Positions 1 through 8,904 of a stretch of 64,000 nt of DNA are shown one piece after another (within the stretch, counting starts at the first letter, position 1; each line of letters begins with the position of its first letter). This DNA is from Candidatus Fervidifonticultor secundus (lineage in GTDB: Bacteria; Sysuimicrobiota; Sysuimicrobiia; Sysuimicrobiales; Humicultoraceae), in contig JAVKIP010000006.1 of assembly GCA_031459385.1 (NCBI GenBank), forward strand, positions 64,001 to 128,000, given 5' to 3'. A program made the translations under genes and the position numbers. A model generated the notes under the pieces. The model ran no database searches, was not told the DNA's origin, and worked only from the letters and a program-made list of their open reading frames with translations.

Positions 1-690
1 CAGTTGCGGCTGCTGCTCGACGACGTCCCGCCGCGCGATGAGGTAGAAGCTGCTGACCGGCAGCTTGGTCATGTCCAGGAGGATGTGGAACTGCCCCGGC
101 GCGCGGCGCATGACGACCCCCGCAAAGCTGAGGTCCATGGTGGCCGCCCGCACCGATCCCACCAGCAGCGCCTCGGCCCGCGCCGCTGAGCCCGCCGGCA
201 TGTACACGAACTCCGGCACCACGGCCGGGTAATCCCGCGCCAGCAGAAAGTCCAGCAGCACCTTCTGGGTCGACCGCGCTGAGTGGCTCGCTACCTGCAT
301 CCCGTGCAGGGCACGGATGTCGGTGATCTCGCGGCGGGTGACCAGCACGAACTCGGGCAGCGCCAGTTCCATCAGCGCCACCACCGGCGCTCCCCGTTCC
401 ACGGCCGGGAAGAACGCGTGGAACCCCGTGCCGAATTGTCCGGCCCCCTGCGCGACCGCCAGGACCGCCGCCTCGCTCTCGCGGAGCTCGCGCACCTCCA
501 CCTCGATCCCGTCCTGCCGCAGAGCTCGCAGGCCGATCAGCGACGGCAGGTTGATCGGCCGGTTGACGGTGGAGATGAAGGTGAGCTTGCGTACGGTGGC
601 CGCTTCGACGGCCCCGCCTGTGCCCGTGGCCAGGACCAGACCCACCACCAGGGCTCCCAGCACGTGCCATCCTGTCGTCCCGTGTCTCAT
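1..690 (-). CDS. ABC transporter substrate-binding protein, NitT/TauT (NMT1/SsuA-like), runs off the left edge
   Basis: Hand translation (not in ORF track): MRHGTTGWHVLGALVVGLVLATGTGGAVEAATVRKLTFISTVNRP...; signal peptide, 'GSAARAEALLVGSVRAA' motif; frame open to base 1. Confidence 0.75.
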   Translation of the reverse strand, partial: MRHGTTGWHVLGALVVGLVLATGTGGAVEAATVRKLTFISTVNRPINLPSLIGLRALRQDGIEVEVRELRESEAAVLAVAQGAGQFGTGFHAFFPAVERGAPVVALMELALPEFVLVTRREITDIRALHGMQVASHSARSTQKVLLDFLLARDYPAVVPEFVYMPAGSAARAEALLVGSVRAATMDLSFAGVVMRRAPGQFHILLDMTKLPVSSFYLIARRDVVEQQPQL

Positions 691-726
691 CGTCGCGTCC
701 CCCTTCCCCGTCATGGCATCAGCAGC

Positions 727-1557
727 TCATCCCGCCCGGGAGCGTCCCTTCCCGGGCACCGCGGCTCGCGTTCGCAGGTCGTGCCCGGGGCCGCCCGCAC
801 CCGTTCCGGCACCCCGCAACGCCCTGACCGAGGCTATGGTGGATTCCAGGTGCTTCGACATCCGGTCGGCGGCACCGGTGACGTCACCAGCGCGGATCGC
901 CTCCAGGATCCCCAGGTGCTGCGCCACGGACCGTCGCGGACGACCGGGCAGGGCCATGACGGCCCGGCGGTCTGCAAAGATGTGATTGATCGACCCGGAT
1001 AAGTAGATCAGGTACGGGTTGCCGCCGAGCTCGGCGATGAGCCCGTGGAACGCGATGTCCAGCCGCTCCAGGGCCGCGACGTCCTGCACCCGGGCTGCAG
1101 CCGCCATCTCCCGGACGTTGCGTTCCAGCAGGTCCAGCGAATCCCGGGCGCGGGCCGGGTCCGCGGCCACGGCACGCGCGGCCAGGGACGCCGATTTGCG
1201 CTCCAGGACCTCCCGTACCTCCAGCAACGCCAGCACGTCCTCGCGGTGGGCCTGGAGCCAGGGCAGCCACGAGGCGGGATCCCTGCTGTCGTCTCGGGGC
1301 GAGGCCACGAAGATGCCCCGGCCCTGGCGCACCTCGACCAGCCTGAGCGCCGACAGGACCTGCACCGCCTCGCGGATCGTCGAGGCACTCACGCCGAAGC
1401 CCTGGGCGAGGTCCCGGACGGGTGGCAGCTTCGCCCCCGGCCCCAACCGTCCCCCCTGGATCAGCTGGCGGATCTGCTCGACGACCTGCTGCGTACTCGT
1501 CAGTGGCCGCACGGCGCGCAGGGTGTTGATCACCAGATCACCGGTTGGTCGGACCAT
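727..1557 (-). CDS. GntR/FadR family transcriptional regulator
   Basis: wHTH 'LGPGAKLPPVRDLAQGFGVSASTIREAV...GRGIFV' plus FCD domain 'DIAFH...GNP'. Confidence 0.92.
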   Translation of the reverse strand: MVRPTGDLVINTLRAVRPLTSTQQVVEQIRQLIQGGRLGPGAKLPPVRDLAQGFGVSASTIREAVQVLSALRLVEVRQGRGIFVASPRDDSRDPASWLPWLQAHREDVLALLEVREVLERKSASLAARAVAADPARARDSLDLLERNVREMAAAARVQDVAALERLDIAFHGLIAELGGNPYLIYLSGSINHIFADRRAVMALPGRPRRSVAQHLGILEAIRAGDVTGAADRMSKHLESTIASVRALRGAGTGAGGPGHDLRTRAAVPGKGRSRAG

Positions 1558-1632
1558 TTGCCCATTTTTATTCCCCTCGGTCCCGCACGGATCCTCCCGC
1601 CGCGCCTGAGGGAGTCCAAGCAGCCCCTTTCG

Positions 1633-3039
1633 CTACAGGGGCGGCCGCCGCAGGTGGAGTCCCGCCGCCTGCTCATAGGCGTAGGCGATGCGCAAGAGGC
1701 GTGCTTCCTGGAAGGGATGGCCGACGATCTGCACGCCGACCGGCAGCCCCTCGGACGTGAACCCGCAGGGCAGGACGATGGCCGGGTGGCCGGTCAGGTT
1801 GAACAGTGCCGTGTAGCGAGTGATGATGCTGAGGACGTCTTCCTCTTCCCCGCCCACCCTCATCGTCCGCTGTCCGATCGGGTATGCCGGGACCGGCAAC
1901 GCGGGAAGGACCACGGCATCGACTCCTGCCATCGCCGACCGGACGTCCAGGGCCATGCGCTGGCGGACGCGCTGCGCACGCACGTAGTCGGCGGCGAGGA
2001 TGAACTCGCCGGTCTCCAGCAGGGAACGCACGACCGGGTGATAGTCAGAGGCTCGCGTGCGGAGATACGGCCGATGGTACTCAGCCGCCTCGGCCGCCGA
2101 GATAGTCCACATGACCGTCCGGGCCTGCGCGAGATCAGGCAGGGCGACTTCCGACAGCGTCGCCCCCTCGCGCTCGATCACGCCGTAGGCGCGGCCGACG
2201 ATCGCCCGCACCTCCGGCTCGATGCGCTCCGAGGACTGCGGCCGCAGGATCCCGACGCGCAGTCCCCGCACGCCTTCGTCGAGGTCTGCCGCGTAGTCTG
2301 GAACTGGCAGGGTGACAGCCGTGGGGTCGGCGGGGTCAGGCCCCGCGATGACCCCAAGCAGCACCGCAGCGTCGCGGACGGTGCGAGCGATCGGTCCGAC
2401 GTGATCCAGGTTGTACCCGACCGGAACGACTCCCGCCCGGCTCACGCGACCGTAGGTGGGCTTCAGTCCCACGACACCGCAAAACGCCGCAGGGATCCGG
2501 ACCGAGCCTCCGGTGTCGGTGCCCAACGACCCGTAGCAGAGTCCCGCAGCCACTGCCGCCGCCGATCCGCTGGAGGAGCCGCCACACGTCCGGTCGCGGT
2601 TCCAGGGGTTGCGGGTGGGCCCGTAGGCCGGGTGGGGTGCTCCGTAGGCGAATTCGTAGAGGTTGGCCTTGGCGAGCAGCACCCCTCCGGCCGCGGCCAG
2701 CCGGTCGGCGACGGTAGCGCTGGTCTGCGGGACCCAGTCGGCGAGGATGGGCGAGCCGGCAGTCGTGCGCACCCCCGCGGTTGCGATGTTGTCCTTGAGC
2801 GAGAGCGGGATCCCGTGCAGAGGACCGAGGTACGTGCCTCTCGCCAGGAGCTCCTCGGCCTCACGGGCCCGCTGCCAGGCCAGCTCGCCCAAGACGCTGA
2901 TGTAGCAGTTGAGCGTCGGGCCGAGCCGCGCGACCCGGTCGAGCAGCGCGCCCGTCACCTCAGTGGGCGAGACCTCGCGCCGCCGGACCAGTTCGGCCAC
3001 CTCGGTGAGCGGCCGGGTGCAGAGATCGTCGCCGGTCAT
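1633..3039 (-). CDS. Amidase-signature family amidase (GatA/AtzE-like)
   Basis: 'GPLHGIPLSLKDN', 'GGSSSGSAAAVAAG', 'GTDTGGSVRIPAAFCG' carrying the Lys-Ser-Ser triad. Confidence 0.93.
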   Translation of the reverse strand: MTGDDLCTRPLTEVAELVRRREVSPTEVTGALLDRVARLGPTLNCYISVLGELAWQRAREAEELLARGTYLGPLHGIPLSLKDNIATAGVRTTAGSPILADWVPQTSATVADRLAAAGGVLLAKANLYEFAYGAPHPAYGPTRNPWNRDRTCGGSSSGSAAAVAAGLCYGSLGTDTGGSVRIPAAFCGVVGLKPTYGRVSRAGVVPVGYNLDHVGPIARTVRDAAVLLGVIAGPDPADPTAVTLPVPDYAADLDEGVRGLRVGILRPQSSERIEPEVRAIVGRAYGVIEREGATLSEVALPDLAQARTVMWTISAAEAAEYHRPYLRTRASDYHPVVRSLLETGEFILAADYVRAQRVRQRMALDVRSAMAGVDAVVLPALPVPAYPIGQRTMRVGGEEEDVLSIITRYTALFNLTGHPAIVLPCGFTSEGLPVGVQIVGHPFQEARLLRIAYAYEQAAGLHLRRPPL

Positions 3040-3245
3040 CGGACCGGATCGTCGGCCGTCGCCGTGAACGCCACGGCCATCTCGACCCCGCCGACGTCGA
3101 CCCTCCTCAACGCGTCCAGCGCTTCGAACAGTGCGGCGACCCGAGGAGCCAGTTCTGTCAAATGCTCGGGCGTGTGCCCCAGCCCGGCCAGGGCAGAGCA
3201 GCCGCGCAGAAACGCCACGACCTCCGCATGCCTCGCCTCACGCAT
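3036..3245 (-). CDS. Small helical partner protein of the amidase (GatC/AtzG-like)
   Basis: 69 aa; stop overlaps the amidase start (ATGA); ends '...LRRVDVGGVEMAVAF' like GatC/AtzG-type subunits. Confidence 0.6.
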   Translation of the reverse strand: MREARHAEVVAFLRGCSALAGLGHTPEHLTELAPRVAALFEALDALRRVDVGGVEMAVAFTATADDPVR

Positions 3246-3263
3246 CAGGATGCCTCCGTCTCC

Positions 3264-4352
3264 TCAGGCTGACGGCGCCGACCGGTCGTCCTCGAGCAGG
3301 ACCACGTGCTCCAGGTCGAAGCCCACCGGCACTGAACTCCCGACGGCCTCAGCCTCTCGCTGGGTAGACGTGGCGATCAGGTGTTGCCCGTCCGCCATCT
3401 CCAGGAGGTGGTCGACGTTGGTGCCCCGATACACCACGTCCCGCAGCGTTGCTATGAGACGCACACGACGGTCAGCGGCGCGAGGCCCAAGACGCAGGTG
3501 CTCCGCGCGAATCGCGACGCTGACCCGAGAGCCCGTGGGCTGTCCGCCAGAGGCTTCCAGCGCGATGACCGTGCCGCCGATGCGAATGTGCAACCGTCCT
3601 CTCACCGCCTCCACGACATCGGCCTCCAGGACATTGGAACCGCGGAAGAAGCTGGCCACGAATCGCGTCTTCGGACGGCGAAAGAGGACCTCGGGGACGT
3701 CGCACTGCACGCAGACTCCGCGGTGGATCACGGCGATGCGGTCGCTCATCGTCAACGCCTCTTCCTGATCGTGCGTCACGTAGACAAAGGTCGTGCCGGT
3801 CTGGCGCTGGATATGCTTCAACTCCACCTGCATCTCCCGCCGGATTTTCTCGTCAAGCGAACCCAGCGGCTCGTCCAGCAGCAGGAGCGGCGGCTCGACC
3901 GCCAGGGCCCGGGCCAGGGCGACGCGCTGCTGCTCGCCGCCGCTCAGCACGGTCACGTCCTTCTCCGCCAGTCCCGATAACCCCACGAGCGCAAGGAGCT
4001 GGGCGACCCTACTGCGGATCCGGTCCTCCGGCACGCCGCGCACACGCAACCCGTACGCGACGTTCCGCGCCACGTTCATGTTCGGGAACAGGGCGTACTG
4101 CTGGAAGACCATGCCCAGGCCTCGTCGCCACGGCGGGACCTGCGCGACATCCTTCCCCTCGATCAGCACCCGTCCGGACTCGGGACGCTCCAGGCCCGCG
4201 ATGATACGCAAGATCGTTGACTTCCCGGAGCCGCTGGGGCCGAGCAGGGTGAAGAACTCGCCTCGGAAGACCGTCAGGCTCAACCGGTCGGCTGCCACGG
4301 TCGCCCCGAATCGCTTGGTGATCCCCTCGAGTTGGAGCAACGCCTCCCCCAT
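3264..4352 (-). CDS. ABC transporter ATP-binding protein, PotA-like
   Basis: Walker A GPSGSGKS, signature LSGGEQQRVALARAL, LLLDEP, C-terminal TOBE; start re-assigned to MGEALLQL. Confidence 0.93.
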   Translation of the reverse strand: MGEALLQLEGITKRFGATVAADRLSLTVFRGEFFTLLGPSGSGKSTILRIIAGLERPESGRVLIEGKDVAQVPPWRRGLGMVFQQYALFPNMNVARNVAYGLRVRGVPEDRIRSRVAQLLALVGLSGLAEKDVTVLSGGEQQRVALARALAVEPPLLLLDEPLGSLDEKIRREMQVELKHIQRQTGTTFVYVTHDQEEALTMSDRIAVIHRGVCVQCDVPEVLFRRPKTRFVASFFRGSNVLEADVVEAVRGRLHIRIGGTVIALEASGGQPTGSRVSVAIRAEHLRLGPRAADRRVRLIATLRDVVYRGTNVDHLLEMADGQHLIATSTQREAEAVGSSVPVGFDLEHVVLLEDDRSAPSA

Positions 4353-4366
4353 GGTCGCGGCCCCAG

Positions 4367-5155
4367 TCACGGCGACACGCGCGGGCGCGGCCGGTATGCG
4401 ATCAGGGGGCGCAGCCCCACGATCAGGACCAGCGTGGAGACGATCAGCAGGCTCATCAGCGCGTACAGGCTGGTGGAGAGGCCGACCTGCAAGTAGGTGG
4501 ACCAGATGTAGGTCTGCACCGTATTGAGCGGGCCCTGCACCAGTGACGTCCGCACGGTCTCGTTGAGGGAGAGGATGAGCGAAAACGTCGCAGCTCCCAC
4601 GATCCCGGGATAAATGAGGGGGAGTTCTACGTCCCAAAACGCTCTCGTCCGGTTGGCCCCGTGGACATAGGCAGCCTCCAGGTAGACCGGGTCGAACGTC
4701 GCCATGGCGGTAAGGACGATCAGAAACGCGAAGGGCAGCGACCACAGCACGTGCACGGTCAGAATCGTCCACAGCGACGGCACCACACCCAGCAGGCGGA
4801 AGAAGAACGCCACGGCCAACCCCATGCTCACCCCCGGGATGAACAGAGGCAGGAGCACCAGCAGCAGCACCAGCCGCGGCGCACGCAGCTCCCGCACGCC
4901 CATCGCCGCCAGCAGCGCCAACAGCGGTGTGAGGGTAGCTGTAAGGATCCCGAGCACTGCCGAGACACGGACCGCTCCCAGGAGAACCGGGTTGCGCCAG
5001 ATCTCAAGGTAGGCCGCCAGAGAAATCCCGCCCGGACTCCCCCCAGCCTCCCCGAGCGAGAACAGCAGCGGCGGGACGAGCTGCGCGTAGAGGAACAACA
5101 GGACGCAGCCAACATAGGCCCAGGCGAACGTGTAAGCAAGCCGGCCTCGACTCAC
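4367..5155 (-). CDS. ABC transporter permease, PotC-like
   Basis: Hydrophobic; EAA loop 'YLEAAYVHGA'. Confidence 0.9.
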   Translation of the reverse strand: MSRGRLAYTFAWAYVGCVLLFLYAQLVPPLLFSLGEAGGSPGGISLAAYLEIWRNPVLLGAVRVSAVLGILTATLTPLLALLAAMGVRELRAPRLVLLLVLLPLFIPGVSMGLAVAFFFRLLGVVPSLWTILTVHVLWSLPFAFLIVLTAMATFDPVYLEAAYVHGANRTRAFWDVELPLIYPGIVGAATFSLILSLNETVRTSLVQGPLNTVQTYIWSTYLQVGLSTSLYALMSLLIVSTLVLIVGLRPLIAYRPRPRVSP

Positions 5156-5194
5156 GCTTCCCCGGTCGCGGAACGCTGCCCGCGCCTGCGCAAT

Positions 5195-6046
5195 TCACAC
5201 CCTCCAGCGGATGATCTTCCCCAGGAACGCACGCACGTCGAACGCAAGGTACCAGCCGATCAGGAAGATCAGCATGACCGCCAGGACAATGCTGGACATC
5301 GTCGCCGCCAGCGGGTAGTTCAGGACATCCAGGGCGCTGGTGATCGTGTTGCCCATGAGTTGATAGCCGAGGCCGCCCAACACGATCGGCACCGCACTCT
5401 CGCCGAAGGAACCGACGAAGCCGAAGATGATCGCCGCGAAGACGCCGGGGAGCGACAGGGGTAAGGTGACGCGGACGAGCGTCGTGCGAGGAGATGCCCC
5501 GAGCAGCCAGCTGGCCTCGATCAGACGCCGGTCAATCCCGGCGATCGCCAGCCACAACGGGTAGATCATGAACGGCATGTACGACGCGATCAACCCCACC
5601 GAAACCGAGAAGTCGCTGAAGAGCAACCAGTCCACCGGGCGCGAGACCACGCCGGCGCCAACCAACATGCGGTTGACGGGCCCGGTCCTGCTGAGCAGAT
5701 AGGCCAGGGAGAAGTTGCGGACGATGTAGTTGACCACGAAGGGCACGGTGAACAGAAGCAACACCGTGCGGCTGGTCTCCCGCCGCACATGCATTCCCAG
5801 GAAGTACGCAATGGGATAGGCAAGGACGAGTCCAACCGCCGTCACAATGGCCGCTTCGACCAGGCTCCGGCGGAGGATGAAGAAGCGCACGCCGGCAAAG
5901 AACTCCTCGTAGGAACGCAGCGTGAAAGCGGGCCGGATCCAGAATCCGGCCCGCTCCCAGAAGCTCGCGGTGACCGTCAGCGCCAGCGGGACGAGAAAGA
6001 AAACGGCGATGAACAGGATCGGAATGCCCAGAACCACATACCGCAC
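5195..6046 (-). CDS. ABC transporter permease, PotB-like (start approximate)
   Basis: 'LIEASWLLGAS...VTLPLSLPG' EAA loop; TM helices begin at VRYVVLGIP. Confidence 0.88.
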   Translation of the reverse strand: MRYVVLGIPILFIAVFFLVPLALTVTASFWERAGFWIRPAFTLRSYEEFFAGVRFFILRRSLVEAAIVTAVGLVLAYPIAYFLGMHVRRETSRTVLLLFTVPFVVNYIVRNFSLAYLLSRTGPVNRMLVGAGVVSRPVDWLLFSDFSVSVGLIASYMPFMIYPLWLAIAGIDRRLIEASWLLGASPRTTLVRVTLPLSLPGVFAAIIFGFVGSFGESAVPIVLGGLGYQLMGNTITSALDVLNYPLAATMSSIVLAVMLIFLIGWYLAFDVRAFLGKIIRWRV

Positions 6047-6072
6047 AGCAGAGGCCAGGACATCCCGCGCGC

Positions 6073-7272
6073 CTACCTGCCCGGCGCCGCTTTGAACCGC
6101 GCCCATTCCGCCTCGTATGCCTCGACATGGGTTGGCCATCGATTCTGCCAGGTGCCGCCCAGTTCGAACTTGCTCTTCACGTTGGCGTGAATCCTGGCGA
6201 TCTCCTGAGCTTCTGCGGCCTTGAACTCCCCGGGGGTCGCCCGCGCATAGGCAATAGCATCCGGATTGGTCATGTAGCCCCGCAGAAGACTGATCTTCGC
6301 GCCATACCATGGGCCGAGCATGAAGTTCAGCAGCTCGTAGATCGCCTGCGTCCGCTCCGGCGGCCGCTTCGGGTTGTTGACGATGTAGGCGGCCATCGTC
6401 CACAGGAGGTAGCCTTCCCTTGGCCGCGCGTACTCGACCTTGACTCCCTTCCTGCGGGCGGCGAAGACCATCGGCTCCCACGCATCCTCGATGTACACTT
6501 CACGCCGCACGAGGAGGTCCACGGCCTGCTCGAAGCTGGTCCAGATGACACGGAACTGGCCTTCCCGCTTTTTCTCGATGAGGAAGTCGATGACGGTCTT
6601 GATCTCGCTGGGGGTCATATCCGCGTGATTCTTGATGGTGGCCAGGTTGTTCTTCGACAGATAGAGCGCCGTTTTCTGTCCCGTGGTCGTGAAGTTGTCC
6701 TCCAACGCCACGTACCCGCGCCACTTGGGGTCAAACATCGCGGCATACGAGTCCAGCGGACCGGTGACCTCTGGCAGGTACGCGAAGGAGTCGCCCTGGA
6801 GGATGGTCGGCACCCCGTAGACCGTGCCCTTGTAAGCCACGAAGTCGAAGCCCGGCTTGCCCGGAGCAATGAAGTCGCGGATGTATGTGTTCCGTTTCCA
6901 GTTGGGCAGCCGATTCGTGTCGATGGGAACGATGAGCTTGTTCTCGACCAGGGGTTTCTGCATGCCGCCGACGATGTTGGCGATGTCGTACACCTGGGTT
7001 CCACCGCCAGCGATCAGCATGTTGAGGATCTGCGACGGCGCGTTGCCGATCGCCACGAGGTTGACGTCCCAGCCCGTCCGGTTCGTGAACCTGGACCAGT
7101 CCCCTCCCGGATCGCCGACACCGACGTCGGCCAGGTTGATCGTTCCCTTCCTCGCCGCGGCCGCCATAGACGGGAGGCTCCAGGGCCCCGCGCCCAGGAG
7201 GCCGGCGCCTGCCGCACCTGCTGCGTACTTCAAGAACTCCCTCCGGTTGACGTGCACGCGGTCACCAGCCAT
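6073..7272 (-). CDS. Tat-exported polyamine-type (PotD-like) substrate-binding protein
   Basis: Twin-arginine signal 'NRREFLKYAAGAAG', 'PREGYLLW' motif; heads the Pot-like operon. Confidence 0.85.
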   Translation of the reverse strand: MAGDRVHVNRREFLKYAAGAAGAGLLGAGPWSLPSMAAAARKGTINLADVGVGDPGGDWSRFTNRTGWDVNLVAIGNAPSQILNMLIAGGGTQVYDIANIVGGMQKPLVENKLIVPIDTNRLPNWKRNTYIRDFIAPGKPGFDFVAYKGTVYGVPTILQGDSFAYLPEVTGPLDSYAAMFDPKWRGYVALEDNFTTTGQKTALYLSKNNLATIKNHADMTPSEIKTVIDFLIEKKREGQFRVIWTSFEQAVDLLVRREVYIEDAWEPMVFAARRKGVKVEYARPREGYLLWTMAAYIVNNPKRPPERTQAIYELLNFMLGPWYGAKISLLRGYMTNPDAIAYARATPGEFKAAEAQEIARIHANVKSKFELGGTWQNRWPTHVEAYEAEWARFKAAPGR

Positions 7273-7670
7273 CGACGGCCCCCTTCCGCCCCGGAATATT
7301 CGGCCGATGAATCCTCGGCGCGGGTTCGCTGCGCGGCCGAGACTCTCCTCCTCCAAGCGAAAAAATCGAATCGCTCATCCGTGATCGTCAAACGAGAATT
7401 AACGGAGGGCGTCAGATAGTTCAGCCACGCAAGAAGAATCGCGGAGTCCTCCGACTCCTGATTTGGCAGGGACCGGTCAAGCGCTGCCGATCGATCTTCG
7501 TCTCATGGACCGCTCCAGGGCTTCCACCGACCGACGCCGACGGCCACGAGCGAGGAGGCTCCTGCTCGACGGTTGATCACTCTGATATCGGTTACGAAAA
7601 TGGTGCTACCTCATCGCCCCGCCGCCACGCTGGGAGAGCCGGGCTATGGGGTACGAGGGGCCACCAGGTA

Positions 7671-7977
7671 CGCATCCTGGGCCTGGCGACCCAGGTCGAC
7701 AACGTCGTGGACTGGATCGAGGCGGCAGCGGCTCGCTTGGCCGACTCCGGGTGACCAGACACAGCCCGAGGCCCGTGAACGCGCCTACGTCATCGTCAGC
7801 ATCTGCGAGGCGGTGGCGGAGGCGGTGGCGGCACTGCGCAAGGGCAACCGCATCTCGGGCGCGTCCCGCGAGATCAACCGGCTCGAGAACCTGGCAGACC
7901 GGGTGCAGCGGCAGGCTGTCAGCCGGCTGTTCCGCGTGGAGTCCAACGCCATCGAGGTCATGAAGTGCAGGGCCTGA
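7671..7977 (+). pseudogene. Remnant of a DUF47 (Pit accessory/PhoU-like) phosphate transport regulator
   Basis: 'RILGLATQVDNVVDWIEAAAARL' then a frame change to 'PEARERAYVIVSICEAVAEAVAALRKG...EINRLENLADRVQRQAVSRLF...AIEVMK'; both termini missing. Confidence 0.7.
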
Positions 7978-8068
7978 CCGGCATCGGCTACGAGATGGTC
8001 TTCTCGCCGCTCGGCGGGATTCGATGATCATCGCGTGTGACGGTCGCGCCGCGCGGGCGCGCTCCAGG

Positions 8069-8584
8069 CTACGGGTTCCGCACCGACCCGGTCACGGCGT
8101 CGGCCGAGACCTCGCCTTCCATGATCCCCTCGCGCACCATTTCGTACGAACTCTGGATCTACGTGCTGGCCAGCCGGCTCGCCAACTCGGCATCGCCGGC
8201 GCGGACGACCGCGACCAAGTCGCGGTGCTCCTGGATCAAGGCGTCCGCCCGGTCGCGCACGTCGAGCCCCAGGTCGAACAGCAGCAGCCGCGGGTCGAAC
8301 AGCTCCTTGATCTGGCGGACGGCGATCGCGGGCACGACGTAGCCGCGGCCCGGGATGGCCTTGACGAATCCCTCCCGCTCAAGGAGCTTCAGGGCCTCAC
8401 GGGCCGACGCCCGGCTCAGGCCATACTGTCGCGCCACCTCGAGCTCGACCAGGCGGTCGCCCGGTCTGAGCTCACCCCGAATGGTCGCGTGCCGCAGCCG
8501 CCGGAACAGGCCGCTGGCGAAGGTGGTACCCGCCGCCGCCGCGGCGCGTGGCGACCGCGTGGAGGACCGTGCGGGGCGCTTCAT
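8069..8584 (-). pseudogene. Degraded GntR family regulator (internal deletion plus in-frame TAG at 8159-8161)
   Basis: Intact HTH 'LRPGDRLVELEVARQYGLSRASAREAL', most of the FCD missing, then 'EHRDLVAVVRAGDAELA'; frame continues past the TAG to a second stop at 8069. Confidence 0.72.
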
Positions 8585-8627
8585 CTCAGCCGATCTGCGG
8601 TATCTGACCAGCGGATCAGCCCGCTTA

Positions 8628-8656
8628 TTGACGCGCTCAGATCTGGGCCCTAGCAT
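8628..8656 (+). promoter_or_regulatory. Sigma70-type promoter with CAGATCTG palindrome in the spacer
   Basis: TTGACG-17 nt-TAGCAT upstream of the SBP operon, divergent from the gntR pseudogene. Confidence 0.5.
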
Positions 8657-8904
8657 GCTGCCAGGGCCCGGGCCGGTCAACACGCAGATCGTCTTGGACG
8701 GAGCCGTGGGGGTGGAGATGGCGGTCGTGCGCCGGGCGCCCTCCGGCACCGCATCGATGGCCGGGGGGGTCCGAGACCGTCTACGCGTCCGCCGCCGACC
8801 TGACGGCCGGAACGCTGACGGTCATGCGAGACGATCCGTGTCGCGTGCCGGATGCCTGACTGTGCGCCGCCGGCAGCGACACCTCGAGTAAGGAGGACAC
8901 AGAA

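Noticed and set aside
1633..3245. gatCA of tRNA-dependent amidotransferase
   Set aside because: No gatB, a catabolic ABC/GntR context, and the small subunit is shorter than typical GatC.
7752..7754. TGA in the DUF47 remnant as Sec
   Set aside because: Homology resumes in a different frame and both termini are missing.
8159..8161. In-frame TAG in gntR as pyrrolysine or read-through
   Set aside because: The gene also has a large internal deletion and there is no pyl context; simple decay explains it.
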